Assembly: GCA_963674595.2 (NCBI GenBank) | Contig: CAXXFV010000009.1 | Location: forward strand, 128,001 to 192,000 | Direction: 5' to 3' | DNA length: 64,000 nt | Origin: a bacterium | GTDB taxonomy: Bacteria; Zhuqueibacterota; Zhuqueibacteria; Residuimicrobiales; Krinioviventaceae | Shown here: positions 39,967-49,506 of the stretch, in pieces | Layout: each line of letters starts with the position of its first letter | Numbering within the stretch: the stretch's first letter is position 1 | Made by a program: the position numbers and the translations under genes | The notes under the pieces: model-generated | What the model saw: the letters and a program-made list of their open reading frames with translations, nothing else | Databases searched by the model: none | Told to the model about the DNA's origin: nothing

Positions 39967-41124
39967 ATGAAAATGATTGACAACGTTCCTTTCGAAGAAT
40001 CAAAAAATGCAGCACTCCACGTGTTGCTTCATAACAGAAAAGGCCCATATCACGATCTACCACGTACCGCAGGATGGGGTTATCCCGAACCTTACACTCG
40101 GGATCTGCTTATTGCTTCTTTAGGTATTCTGGTTTCAGGTAATGAAAAACTCATAAACTCCCTGAAACAAGTCCTGCAAACTCTGGCCGGGAATCAAACC
40201 TTCCATGGTCATATACCGTCACTGGTCCATGATTCAGAAGACCGGGGTGCGAGCGACACAACGCCGCTTTTTCTTCTGGCCCTGGGTCTTTATCGTAAAG
40301 TAACTGGTGAAAATACTTTTCTTGAGGATGCTACTGAAAAGGCTCTGGTGTGGATGGACTATCAAAGTCCCGATGACCGGGTGATGGTAGGCCAGTTACC
40401 AACTAGTGACTGGCGTGATGAACAATGGGTATTAGGTTATGGTCTTTTCGTGAATACAATTGTGTTTGCCTATTTACCCCTATACGGCCAGTTTGAGAAG
40501 GCGAAAAAACTTCATGATCTGATGGAGCGTTTTATTGTGCGTGGTGAGGCCCAGCACAAGCATGTGCATGAAGGTCTTGTTCTCCCACATTTACCTTATT
40601 ATGCGATGTCCTCTTACAAAATGTACCGCAGTAGTCGATTTGATCTATTGGGTAACAGCCTGGCCATGCTGAGTGGTTTGACAGCCCCTTCCCGAGCAGA
40701 TGCGATGATTTTATGGATTGAAAAAGAGTGCAAGAACTTGAGTTCCAGGGGAGAGCTAGTAGTCGATTTGCCTCCTGTGCTTTTTCCGTACATCCAACCT
40801 ACAGACTCGGACTGGCGGCCTCGTTATGACAAGTATAACCGTCCTGGTCAATATCATAATGGCGGTGTATGGCCGTATATATGCGGTTTTTATGTGGCTG
40901 CACTGGTTAAAGCAGGGCACATGAAATTGGCAAAAGAAAAGCTTGCTGCTTTAACACATTTATGTCGTCTTTCAGTGGATACTGATCTTGATTTTGGCTT
41001 TAATGAATGGATTAATGCTCATAAAGGCGTGCCGGCAGGGCAGGATTGGCAGACATGGTCTGCTGCCATGTATTTGTATGCAGCGGAATGTGTTGAAAAG
41101 GGGAAAGCTGTTCTTTTTGAATGA
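39967..41124 (+). CDS. (alpha/alpha)6 glycoside hydrolase (GH100 / amylo-alpha-1,6-glucosidase-like)
   Basis: YTRD, YHNGGVWP, FNEW, QTWSAA motifs. Confidence 0.82.
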   Translation: MKMIDNVPFEESKNAALHVLLHNRKGPYHDLPRTAGWGYPEPYTRDLLIASLGILVSGNEKLINSLKQVLQTLAGNQTFHGHIPSLVHDSEDRGASDTTPLFLLALGLYRKVTGENTFLEDATEKALVWMDYQSPDDRVMVGQLPTSDWRDEQWVLGYGLFVNTIVFAYLPLYGQFEKAKKLHDLMERFIVRGEAQHKHVHEGLVLPHLPYYAMSSYKMYRSSRFDLLGNSLAMLSGLTAPSRADAMILWIEKECKNLSSRGELVVDLPPVLFPYIQPTDSDWRPRYDKYNRPGQYHNGGVWPYICGFYVAALVKAGHMKLAKEKLAALTHLCRLSVDTDLDFGFNEWINAHKGVPAGQDWQTWSAAMYLYAAECVEKGKAVLFE

Positions 41125-41547
41125 AAGCTGTTTTGTATTTTTTATTTTTCGAAAACGCAAATTGAACAACACCAAGCGTACTTTTTCTCTGAACAGGTCC
41201 TGAATGCTATTAGTCACTTTTATCGTCAGATGTAATTTGACCGAAACAATTTTTTTGGGGATCCCAAATAAAACTTGCATTTTAGGCTATTTATTATATA
41301 TGCATATACTTATAAATAATCTTACGTATTGAAACTGAATAATTGTACAATATACGATGTTCGTAAAGTTGGTCGAATAAATGTGAGAAAATGTTTCTGC
41401 ACTGTTTATTTTAACAAAATACTAAAAGACAGAGATATTATTCACTTTCTGGCGATGCCTTGGAGATTTTGTACGTATAATTTGAGTTGCATTATTGTTA
41501 TCCATCTTGAAATGAAAAGTTAATATATTTCAAAAAAAGGTAAAATT

Positions 41548-42204
41548 TTGGCAAAAATACAAATCTTGTTGATCGAAGACAACAAGATTCTGAGGGAAGG
41601 TATCGCTGCCATGCTCAACGATCATAGTGAATTCAAAGTCATCGCAAAATCTGAAGATGGTGATGCGTTGCTTCAGGTAAAGAGCCTGAGGCAGCCCCCC
41701 GATGTTGTCCTTTTGGATCTGGGTCTGGAAAAAGTTAATAGTTTAAAGTTGATGGTCGTTCTTAAGAAAGAATTACCCACGACAAAGGTCATCGCAATGG
41801 ACATTCTCCCCGATCACGTCGATATTATTGAGTTTGTGAAAGCCGGGGGATCTGGATTCATTCTTAAAAATGCCCCTTTAATGGATTGGATCGAAACCAT
41901 CAAGATTGTCGCAACAGGTGAAAAAGTATTGCCCCCGGTTTTGACCCAATCACTCTTTACACAGATCGTCGATTTAGCCCTCAAAAAGAACCAGGGCATA
42001 CCCACCGACTCTTACCAATTTACGAGTCGAGAACATCAAGTCGTCGATCTGATTGCGAAAGGCCTGAGCAACAAAGAAATTGCTGAATCACTCCACATCG
42101 CCACCTATACTGTCAAGAGCCATGTGCACAATATCCTGGAAAAGCTGGAGCTCAGCACACGTCTGCAGATAGCGGCCTTTGTTCGCAAGGGAGAATCCGA
42201 ATGA
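41548..42204 (+). CDS. NarL/LuxR-family response regulator (copy 2)
   Basis: Same motifs as the 27194 copy. Confidence 0.95.
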   Translation: MAKIQILLIEDNKILREGIAAMLNDHSEFKVIAKSEDGDALLQVKSLRQPPDVVLLDLGLEKVNSLKLMVVLKKELPTTKVIAMDILPDHVDIIEFVKAGGSGFILKNAPLMDWIETIKIVATGEKVLPPVLTQSLFTQIVDLALKKNQGIPTDSYQFTSREHQVVDLIAKGLSNKEIAESLHIATYTVKSHVHNILEKLELSTRLQIAAFVRKGESE

Positions 42205-42954
42205 TCGGATTCACATACTTATAATCATTCACTTTTTAAAAAACATTACATCACACCCTCCTGCTTTATCTCCTGCATAACGCATTTTTAAATTTCCTGA
42301 ATATTATCTCATGTTTTTCCCTACAAGGAATTAGTTCTTTATAGTACTAAAGAACGAGTTCCTTTTTCATCCTTTTGGGCGATTGACTTTAGGGTTGAAT
42401 TTGATTAACTACTATTATCAACAAAATTATACAATGAAACATATAGTGATGACATAGATATTTAAAATCAAGTCAAAAAAAATAAGAGACCAAACAATGC
42501 AACTGAGCATTCATTATTATGTCCTGTTATTGAGCGAACAAATGAGCAGGCTTTACGAGGGATTTCGAGACAAACTCATTGATATTCAAAACACGCATTT
42601 TCCGTTTGAAATTACAATTGATGTTGGTAATCCTGCCTCCAAAGACATACAATTGAAAAAATTTTATCACCAAACAGACCAGCACTTTGCCCATTATTAT
42701 AAACAAGATCCACTTGCATTAGTGGTAGTCGGCGAAGAGAGAAGCCAGGCCATTTTTAAAACTTTGACGAAGCATAGGGATGAATATATCGGCGTGGTTG
42801 AAGGCGATTATACCACCACTTCTCTGCACGATTTGGGCAAGATTATATGGCCCGTCGTCAAGGAGGCCATCGCGGGTGTAAATAAAAATGCCATGCGTGA
42901 TCTGGAAATAGCGGTCGAGAGGCATAAAGTCGTTTTCGGAATTGACTTGGTGGG
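41596..42954 (+). repeat. 1359 bp direct repeat, copy 2
   Basis: Matches 27242-28600. Confidence 0.95.
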
Positions 42955-43198
42955 ACAGTCTGTGAAAACTAAGACAGGCTCCATTTTGTACGTTGAAGAA
43001 GATTATCATGTGAAGGGTAGCATTCGTGAATTGAACAATACGCTAACATTCTCAAAACATGTGGATCTACGGGAAGTGTTCGACGACGTCGTAGATATCA
43101 TCATCGAAAAGGTGTTGAAAATGGGAGGAACGGTGATCTTTCTGGATAGAGGTTCGTTGATGAAATTTGAGAAAATCGCTTTGATTCTGTGTGATTGA
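42497..43198 (+). CDS. baeRF3/Balon-like (archaeo-eukaryotic release factor-like) protein, middle and C-terminal domains
   Basis: YYVLLLSE..SRLYEG, LYVEEDY, DDVVDIIIEKVLKMGG.V.F, IALIL. Confidence 0.7.
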   Translation: MQLSIHYYVLLLSEQMSRLYEGFRDKLIDIQNTHFPFEITIDVGNPASKDIQLKKFYHQTDQHFAHYYKQDPLALVVVGEERSQAIFKTLTKHRDEYIGVVEGDYTTTSLHDLGKIIWPVVKEAIAGVNKNAMRDLEIAVERHKVVFGIDLVGQSVKTKTGSILYVEEDYHVKGSIRELNNTLTFSKHVDLREVFDDVVDIIIEKVLKMGGTVIFLDRGSLMKFEKIALILCD

Positions 43199-43240
43199 TT
43201 GCCACATAGCGACTGGTGTATTAAAAAGGAAAAGTGAAAA

Positions 43241-43522
43241 ATGTTTGAAAATGATAATCAACTTTTTGAGGACTTGGCCATTGAGTACATGGACAATTTG
43301 TACAGCAATGCGATTAGATTGGTGAAAAGCGCAAAAACAGCAGAAGATATGGTACAGCAAACCTATGCAGTGGCTTTTTGTGTTTTTGAGCAGTTCGACA
43401 AAAAAAGTGATTTCAATAAATGGCTGAACGAGATTTTGATGCTTGTGTATAAGAATAGTCAATTTTGCCATTATGAGCCCACCGTCAATTGTTTGGGTAA
43501 AGCTGTACAAGTTGAACAATAA
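43241..43522 (+). pseudogene. ECF sigma factor region-2 fragment
   Basis: LYSNAIRL...AEDMVQQTY..AF...F.KWL; no region 4. Confidence 0.65.
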
Positions 43523-43545
43523 CAAAAAAAGGAATGAAAATTACG

Positions 43546-43692
43546 ATGATATGGACTATCGCTACTGTACTGATCATTTTGTGGCTATTGGGGTTAATCA
43601 CTTCCACTATGGGTGGTTTAATACATGTTTTTCTGATAACCGCTGTCATGCTCATCCTGATCAACGTCATTGGCAAAAGAAAAGCCTTGTGA
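43546..43692 (+). CDS. lmo0937/DUF5670-like small membrane protein (1)
   Basis: MIWTIATVLIILWLLGL...MGGLIHVFL; not in the ORF track. Confidence 0.8.
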   Translation: MIWTIATVLIILWLLGLITSTMGGLIHVFLITAVMLILINVIGKRKAL

Positions 43693-43923
43693 CAATTTAG
43701 TACTTCGACGTCGGGCTCATTTAGAAGAAAAAGAGATATTAAAAAAAGATTAGTAATCATTCGATGAAACATTGGTACGCTAGATGACACCCGGCAATTG
43801 TGCTTTGAATTTTTCAACAATGCTTATGTTTGTATAGTGCAGAAAAAGCGGGCCTTCGGTCAACTAATCGGCTTGCCCTCACTCTAATCAATATTTAGTC
43901 CACATTTTTAAAAGAGGTTTATT

Positions 43924-44598
43924 ATGAAATCAAAAATGAACGTTATCATCGCAACTGTACTCTGTGCTTCGATTATAATATTGATGGGATGCGGAGCCAG
44001 TAACGCGTTGAAAGGTGGTGGGATTGGCGCAGGAGTCGGAGGCGTTGCTGGCGGTGTTATCGGAAAGCAATTAGGAAATACGGCTGTTGGCGCCATCATT
44101 GGTGCGGCAGTCGGTGGAACGACCGGAGCACTCATCGGCCGGCACATGGACAGGCAAGCAGAAGAGATGAGACAGGACGTCAAAAACGCAAAAATCGAAC
44201 GAATTGGAGAAGGTATTAAAATCACGTTCGACTCTGGAATTCTGTTCGAAACAAATTCATCTCAGTTACAGCCTGTGGCAAAAACAAACATTGAGAGTCT
44301 GGTGAAGGTCCTTCAGAAATATCCTGATACCAACATTCTAATCGAAGGAGATACCGATAACACAGGCACTGACGAATACAACCAAAAGTTGTCAGAACGT
44401 CGTGCCAAGGCGGTCGCCGATTATCAAATGGGTCAGGGTATTACTGGTTCAAGGATTTCCACGGTAGGACTCGGCGAGTTGAATCCTATCGCTTCAAACG
44501 ATACAGACTATGGTCGTCAGCAGAACCGACGGGTAGAGGTCGCCATTTTTGCAAACGACAAGTTGAAAAAAGCCGCCGAGAACGGCAAACTTGACTAA
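43924..44598 (+). CDS. OmpA-family lipoprotein with glycine zipper (YiaD-like)
   Basis: Lipobox LMGC, glycine zipper, NQKLSERRA, QNRRVE. Confidence 0.93.
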   Translation: MKSKMNVIIATVLCASIIILMGCGASNALKGGGIGAGVGGVAGGVIGKQLGNTAVGAIIGAAVGGTTGALIGRHMDRQAEEMRQDVKNAKIERIGEGIKITFDSGILFETNSSQLQPVAKTNIESLVKVLQKYPDTNILIEGDTDNTGTDEYNQKLSERRAKAVADYQMGQGITGSRISTVGLGELNPIASNDTDYGRQQNRRVEVAIFANDKLKKAAENGKLD

Positions 44599-44690
44599 CT
44601 CAACTAAGTACCCATAAAGCCGATGGCAATGGTTAAGCAGATACTGTTCCATGAAAAACTAAAATTTTTATCATTAACAAGGAGACCAAA

Positions 44691-45050
44691 ATGCCTTTAA
44701 TCAATGTCGTAATAGTGCTGATCGTGGCTGGTGTCATCCTCTGATTAATTAATCAGTATATACCAATGGATCGTAAGATTAAATCGATCTTGAATGTGGT
44801 CGTGATTATTGTGGTGGTTTTGTGGTTGTTGAGCGCTTTTGGAGTGATCGGTTCTATGTCCACCATCCGCATTGGCCGGAAAGAATCACAACAATCGGAA
44901 ATGGTAGAACAAAACCGGCAGTATATAAAGTGGCACCGGGTGACATTCACTCAAAGGAAGCAATGGCTAACATGCGAGTTCTTTTTGAAATTGTCGTCAA
45001 GTAAAAAAATAATGTATTATATTTGGAATTTATTTGAGAAGAAGAGGTGA
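44691..45050 (+). pseudogene. Thivi_2564-like small membrane protein with in-frame TGA
   Basis: GGAG RBS; MPLINVVIVLIVAGVIL*LINQYIPMDRKIKSILNVVV; TGA at 44742 where Trp (TGG) is expected. Confidence 0.7.
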
Positions 45051-45054
45051 TTTT

Positions 45055-45597
45055 ATGTGGAGTAAACGTTTATTGATACTGGGGGTAATCACAGTGTTGG
45101 TTGCGCCGGTGAATGCAAAGAGTGTAAGTCTGGGCCCGCAGGTTGGTTATTATAAAGTCCAGGATGCCGATCAGGGTGATTTTATGGGTGGTGTGGCCTG
45201 GCGATTCAGGCTCACGCCGATGCTAGGTCTTGAAGCATCCATCAACTATCGTCAGGAAAAATATGCGGATGACGTTTTGACGGTCCGGAGCTGGCCAATA
45301 ATGGTAACCGGTTTAATTTATCCGTTCCCCCGAGTTTATGGAGCCATTGGCGCTGGTTGGTATAGCACGACTTTCGATTATGATCAGAACAAGTTCTCGT
45401 TACTTGAAGACGAAACGACGCTGGAATTTGGCTGGCATTTTGGCGGTGGCGTGGAACTACCTGTCGGTTCAAATTTCAAATTAACGACAGATTTACGTTA
45501 TGTCTTCCTGAATTACGATTTTAATACAATCATGAATAATAGTGACCTGAACAGTAACTTTTATATTATCACCGCAGGATTCCTGCTCGGTCTATAA
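45055..45597 (+). CDS. Outer-membrane beta-barrel (OmpW/porin-like) protein
   Basis: Signal peptide, alternating beta strands, FGWHFGGGVE, C-terminal ITAGFLLGL. Confidence 0.82.
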   Translation: MWSKRLLILGVITVLVAPVNAKSVSLGPQVGYYKVQDADQGDFMGGVAWRFRLTPMLGLEASINYRQEKYADDVLTVRSWPIMVTGLIYPFPRVYGAIGAGWYSTTFDYDQNKFSLLEDETTLEFGWHFGGGVELPVGSNFKLTTDLRYVFLNYDFNTIMNNSDLNSNFYIITAGFLLGL

Positions 45598-45688
45598 TTA
45601 CTTAAAGTTGAATGGATATGAAAGTGTTTAGCTTTGTTTTCATTACTCAATAGATAGGTAATTATTTTTCACTGAGGAGTAAACACAA

Positions 45689-46057
45689 ATGTCATCAAAT
45701 TGGAAGCATTTCAAGAATAGTGTAAAAGGTGAACTTTCTGACGCGTTAACCATGACTAAGAAATACTTAAAAATCGGAAAGGGTAAGTTTCATCTGATGA
45801 AAATTAATAAATCTCTGAACGACACGTTTCTGAAGCTGGGCATCAAAGTCTATAATGAAATCAGTGAAGAGATAAAAGGCGATACCTTGTATAGCCCGGA
45901 AGTGAAAAGCTTAATCGAAAAGGTGAACCAGCTCAAACAATTCAAAAAAGATAAGGAACTGGATATCGATGGGCTCAAGAAAGAACCCGTTCAGCAAACC
46001 AAAACAGTTGAGGATAAAGACAATTCCCCTAATGTCAAGGTCAAGGAAATGGTTTAA
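45689..46057 (+). CDS. Hypothetical helical protein
   Basis: GAGGAG RBS; 122 aa ORF. Confidence 0.6.
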   Translation: MSSNWKHFKNSVKGELSDALTMTKKYLKIGKGKFHLMKINKSLNDTFLKLGIKVYNEISEEIKGDTLYSPEVKSLIEKVNQLKQFKKDKELDIDGLKKEPVQQTKTVEDKDNSPNVKVKEMV

Positions 46058-46172
46058 CTCAACACAAAGGATAGTTAATCCTATAAGGCCAAGTCTACAC
46101 GGCCAAGGTTGGTGTTGTTTTGCCTATCATTTATAAACATCGGGCGACGTCGTCGCCGGAAAGGAGTCAAAC

Positions 46173-46322
46173 ATGCTTTGGACCATTTTTGTGATTCTTT
46201 TGGCTGTATGGTTGCTAGCAGTATTCAGTGGCCACGTACTGGGTGGATTCATTCATACCCTGCTGGTGATCGCCATCATTATTATGCTGGTCAGAGTCTT
46301 TAAAGGACGCAAATCTATGTGA
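46173..46322 (+). CDS. lmo0937/DUF5670-like small membrane protein (2)
   Basis: AAGGAG RBS; MLWTIFVILLAVWLL...LGGFIHTLLVIAII...KGRKSM. Confidence 0.85.
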   Translation: MLWTIFVILLAVWLLAVFSGHVLGGFIHTLLVIAIIIMLVRVFKGRKSM

Positions 46323-46642
46323 ATATGTCGTGAAGCCAACTATGGAAAAATACTGTGCATTAGTGCGAAAAAGGAACGGTAATGGACAAAATCCAGCTTC
46401 ACACAAAATAATCAGATCGCCGGATGTTGAGCCCTCTAACAGCAAGGGAAAGGAAAAGCACAGAATGTTGCGCCCCCATTTCGAATAGCAGAGCACAGCC
46501 TTTGCGATCTAGGAACTAACCAGAATGAAAGGAAAAAAAGGAAACAGGATTTTTGAAAAAGAAAACTTTGACAATATTTACGCAGGCCAGTTTAACCATC
46601 TTTATTAATAAACTTTTTAATCAATCAAAAAAGGAGAACACC

Positions 46643-47086
46643 GTGAAAAACAATTTTTTTGTCTACATTATCATCACAGCGTTTATGGCAGGAGCTGTCT
46701 TGATGAGCTGTGGAAAAACATCAGAACAAAAAGTTAAAAATGCTAAAGAGGATATTGGAAAAGCTGAACAAGAATTAAAAGAAACTCAAGCTGGATATCT
46801 TGCAGAATGGCAAACATTCAAGAGCGAGTACGATTCAACAATTGAAGCTAATATAAAGAGAATTGATGCATTCAAAGAAAAAATGGATAATGCCGGCCCC
46901 GAGGTCAAAGCAAAGCACAACAAGGAAGTTGCGGTGCTGGAACAGAAAAATAACGACCTAAAGATGAAGCTTGCTGAATATAAGGATGATGGACAAATTA
47001 AATGGGAAGAGTTTAAGACGAACTTTAAGAAGGATATTGATGGAATTGGAAAGACCATGGATGATTTGTTTAAAGATAATACCTAG
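46643..47086 (+). CDS. Coiled-coil lipoprotein
   Basis: AAGGAG-GTG start, lipobox LMSC, KWEEFKTNF. Confidence 0.75.
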   Translation: MKNNFFVYIIITAFMAGAVLMSCGKTSEQKVKNAKEDIGKAEQELKETQAGYLAEWQTFKSEYDSTIEANIKRIDAFKEKMDNAGPEVKAKHNKEVAVLEQKNNDLKMKLAEYKDDGQIKWEEFKTNFKKDIDGIGKTMDDLFKDNT

Positions 47087-47252
47087 CAGTGATTAAGAAT
47101 CACAATGTATCACTCCTGCTTCTCGTTACCAATCAGGACGAAAAGGAATAATGGTAACGGGAAGTAGAAAATAGTTTATCCAAGGAAATCTTGATAGTTT
47201 AATTTTTCATATATACACATTATCTGTAACAATAGCTTGAAAGAAGGTAAAT

Positions 47253-47402
47253 ATGCTCTGGACAATTTTTGTGGTACTTTTGGTTTTGTGGCTGATTGCA
47301 ATGTATAGTGGCTACTTCATCGGCGGATTTATACATGTTCTTTTGGTGATCGCAATCGTTGTTATGGTGATCAGGGTCATTCAGGGACGAAAAGCCATGT
47401 AA
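47253..47402 (+). CDS. lmo0937/DUF5670-like small membrane protein (3)
   Basis: MLWTIFVVLLVLWLI...IGGFIHVLLVIAIV...QGRKAM. Confidence 0.85.
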   Translation: MLWTIFVVLLVLWLIAMYSGYFIGGFIHVLLVIAIVVMVIRVIQGRKAM

Positions 47403-47683
47403 GTAGAATTTTTTCTCATAAAACTTTACTAAATGTTGAGATCAAACATAGGAAGATAATCACGCTCATCAGACAGATTCGTATTCATCGTGTTAGGCAT
47501 CAGGGCATTAGAGATCGTGGTTCGGTTTGTCGACTCCTCAAAATCAAGAGATCGGAAAGGAGGTGTGTTGAAATCATTACATAAATAAATAGCATTGCAC
47601 TTTAAGGGTTGCAATAAAGTAATTTTTTTTCGTGACCCGGAAACAACGTAATAAATCATACTTTTACTAAACAGGAGACAATT

Positions 47684-49189
47684 ATGTTTCAGACAAAAAG
47701 ATATCTAAATATAGGTTTATTCATCGTATTCACTTGCATAGCCACTTTTGTACTAAATGTAGCGGGACAAAATCTGGTTAAAGCTGACGATGTAAAAACC
47801 TTGCTTTTCAAAGAAGCTGATGCTGCGATGCAGGCCGCCAAAAAAGTAAATGCAAATGTTCTCGCACCGGATAATTATAGCGAAGCGATGAAACGATATC
47901 AAGAGGCGGATACTGATCTTAAAAAAGGGAAAAAGCTTGAGGATATTAAAGAAAAACTTGGCGAATCTACTACTTTTTTTCAAAAAGCAATAGAAGCTAC
48001 AAAGCTGGCCGAAGTTACATTTCCAAATTTGATGAAAGCACGGATGGATGCGCATAAAACTGAATCTGCCAAATATTCATCAAAACTTTGGAAACAAGCA
48101 GAGGAAAAATTCAACGATGCGGCGGGTGAACTTGAAGGTGGAGACGTTAATGCTGCAAGGAAAAAAGCAAGCGAGGCAGAGAAAATATATCGAAAGGCCG
48201 AACTTGAAGCTATAAAAGCTAATTATCTTGACGGAACACGGGCACTACTAAAACAGGCAAAAGAGCAAAAAGTCAAAGACCGTGCACCTAAAACCTTGTT
48301 AAATGCTCAGCAGCTCGTCAAACAAGCTGAAAAAGAGTTGAATGAGAACCGTTATGATACCGATGTCGCACGCAGTCTTGCTCAGCAAGCTAATTACCAG
48401 GCTAAACATGCTATCTACCTGTCAAACGCTATAAAAAAAATGAAAGATAATGACCAAACCTGGGAAGACCTCATGTTGGTCTCAGAAATTCCATTGCAAC
48501 AAATTGCCGAAAATACAGACCGAACTGCTATTTTCGACGCAGGATTTGGCAAAACTACTGGTGAGATCATCACCTATATTAAATCCTACCAAGACAGTGT
48601 TTTTGGTTTAAGTCAGGATTTGAAAAGTTACAAACAGAAATCTGATTTGCAGGGAGCTCGAATTGCTGAAATGGAGCAGAAGTTTGGTGTTCAGGCCATG
48701 GAAAAATCAGTACTGGCACAGCAAATTGCTAATCAAGATGAAACACGTAAGCATTTTACCAAAGTGGAACGCTCGTTTAGTAGTGAAGAAGCCAGGGTAC
48801 TGCGCGAAGGCGATGATATCATTATCCGCCTGATTGGACTAAATTTCCCCAGTGCAGCAGCGACTATCGAGCAAAAATCTTTTGGCTTATTAACCAAAGT
48901 ACGCGATGCTATTAACTCTTTCCCGGAATCTACTGTATCCGTTCAAGGCTATACTGATTCGTATGGTAGTGATGAAAAAAATCTGCAATTGTCAAAGGAA
49001 CGTGCCGAAGCAGTAAAACAATATCTTTTAGCTGACACAAAACTTCATACTTTTCAAATTGAAGCGAGCGGTTATGGCGAAAGTAAACCAATTGGCAACA
49101 ATGAGACAGCAAAAGGACGTGCAGCCAATCGTCGTGTTGAGGTTGTAATCCATCCGGGACATTACAAAATATCACAAGTCATTAGATAG
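47684..49189 (+). CDS. OmpA-C domain protein with long helical N-terminus
   Basis: Signal peptide; Ala/Lys helical repeats; GYTDSYG, LSKERAEAV, GRAANRRVE. Confidence 0.88.
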   Translation: MFQTKRYLNIGLFIVFTCIATFVLNVAGQNLVKADDVKTLLFKEADAAMQAAKKVNANVLAPDNYSEAMKRYQEADTDLKKGKKLEDIKEKLGESTTFFQKAIEATKLAEVTFPNLMKARMDAHKTESAKYSSKLWKQAEEKFNDAAGELEGGDVNAARKKASEAEKIYRKAELEAIKANYLDGTRALLKQAKEQKVKDRAPKTLLNAQQLVKQAEKELNENRYDTDVARSLAQQANYQAKHAIYLSNAIKKMKDNDQTWEDLMLVSEIPLQQIAENTDRTAIFDAGFGKTTGEIITYIKSYQDSVFGLSQDLKSYKQKSDLQGARIAEMEQKFGVQAMEKSVLAQQIANQDETRKHFTKVERSFSSEEARVLREGDDIIIRLIGLNFPSAAATIEQKSFGLLTKVRDAINSFPESTVSVQGYTDSYGSDEKNLQLSKERAEAVKQYLLADTKLHTFQIEASGYGESKPIGNNETAKGRAANRRVEVVIHPGHYKISQVIR

Positions 49190-49414
49190 AGACAGCAGTG
49201 TGATTATATTTGATTTGTTTTAAAATAAGGTCTGGACAAAATCTATATCAAGAATCGTGACTCCGAGTTTTTGTAACGACAGAAATTTTTACATATCGTG
49301 GCACGATTCTTTATCTTCTTTCGCTTACAGCTTATTATACATTATCCATTATTCTGTGTCGTTACAGCATGCATAATACGGCTATAATTAATTATTTTGT
49401 GTTAATATACTATT

Positions 49415-49506
49415 TTGGACGGGATTAACACGGCTGGAGGTTAAAAACAAGCCTCTACCTTACAGAGGGGCATAAATTAAGGAGTGCTGATCGTGCCAAA
49501 AGAAAA
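49415..49506 (+). repeat. 92 bp direct repeat, copy 1 (leader, RBS and start)
   Basis: Matches 51958-52049 with 3 mismatches. Confidence 0.95.

Noticed and set aside
44742-44744. TGA recoding (Trp or Sec)
   Set aside because: Many intact genes here end in TGA and use TGG for Trp; a nonsense mutation in a decaying island is simpler.
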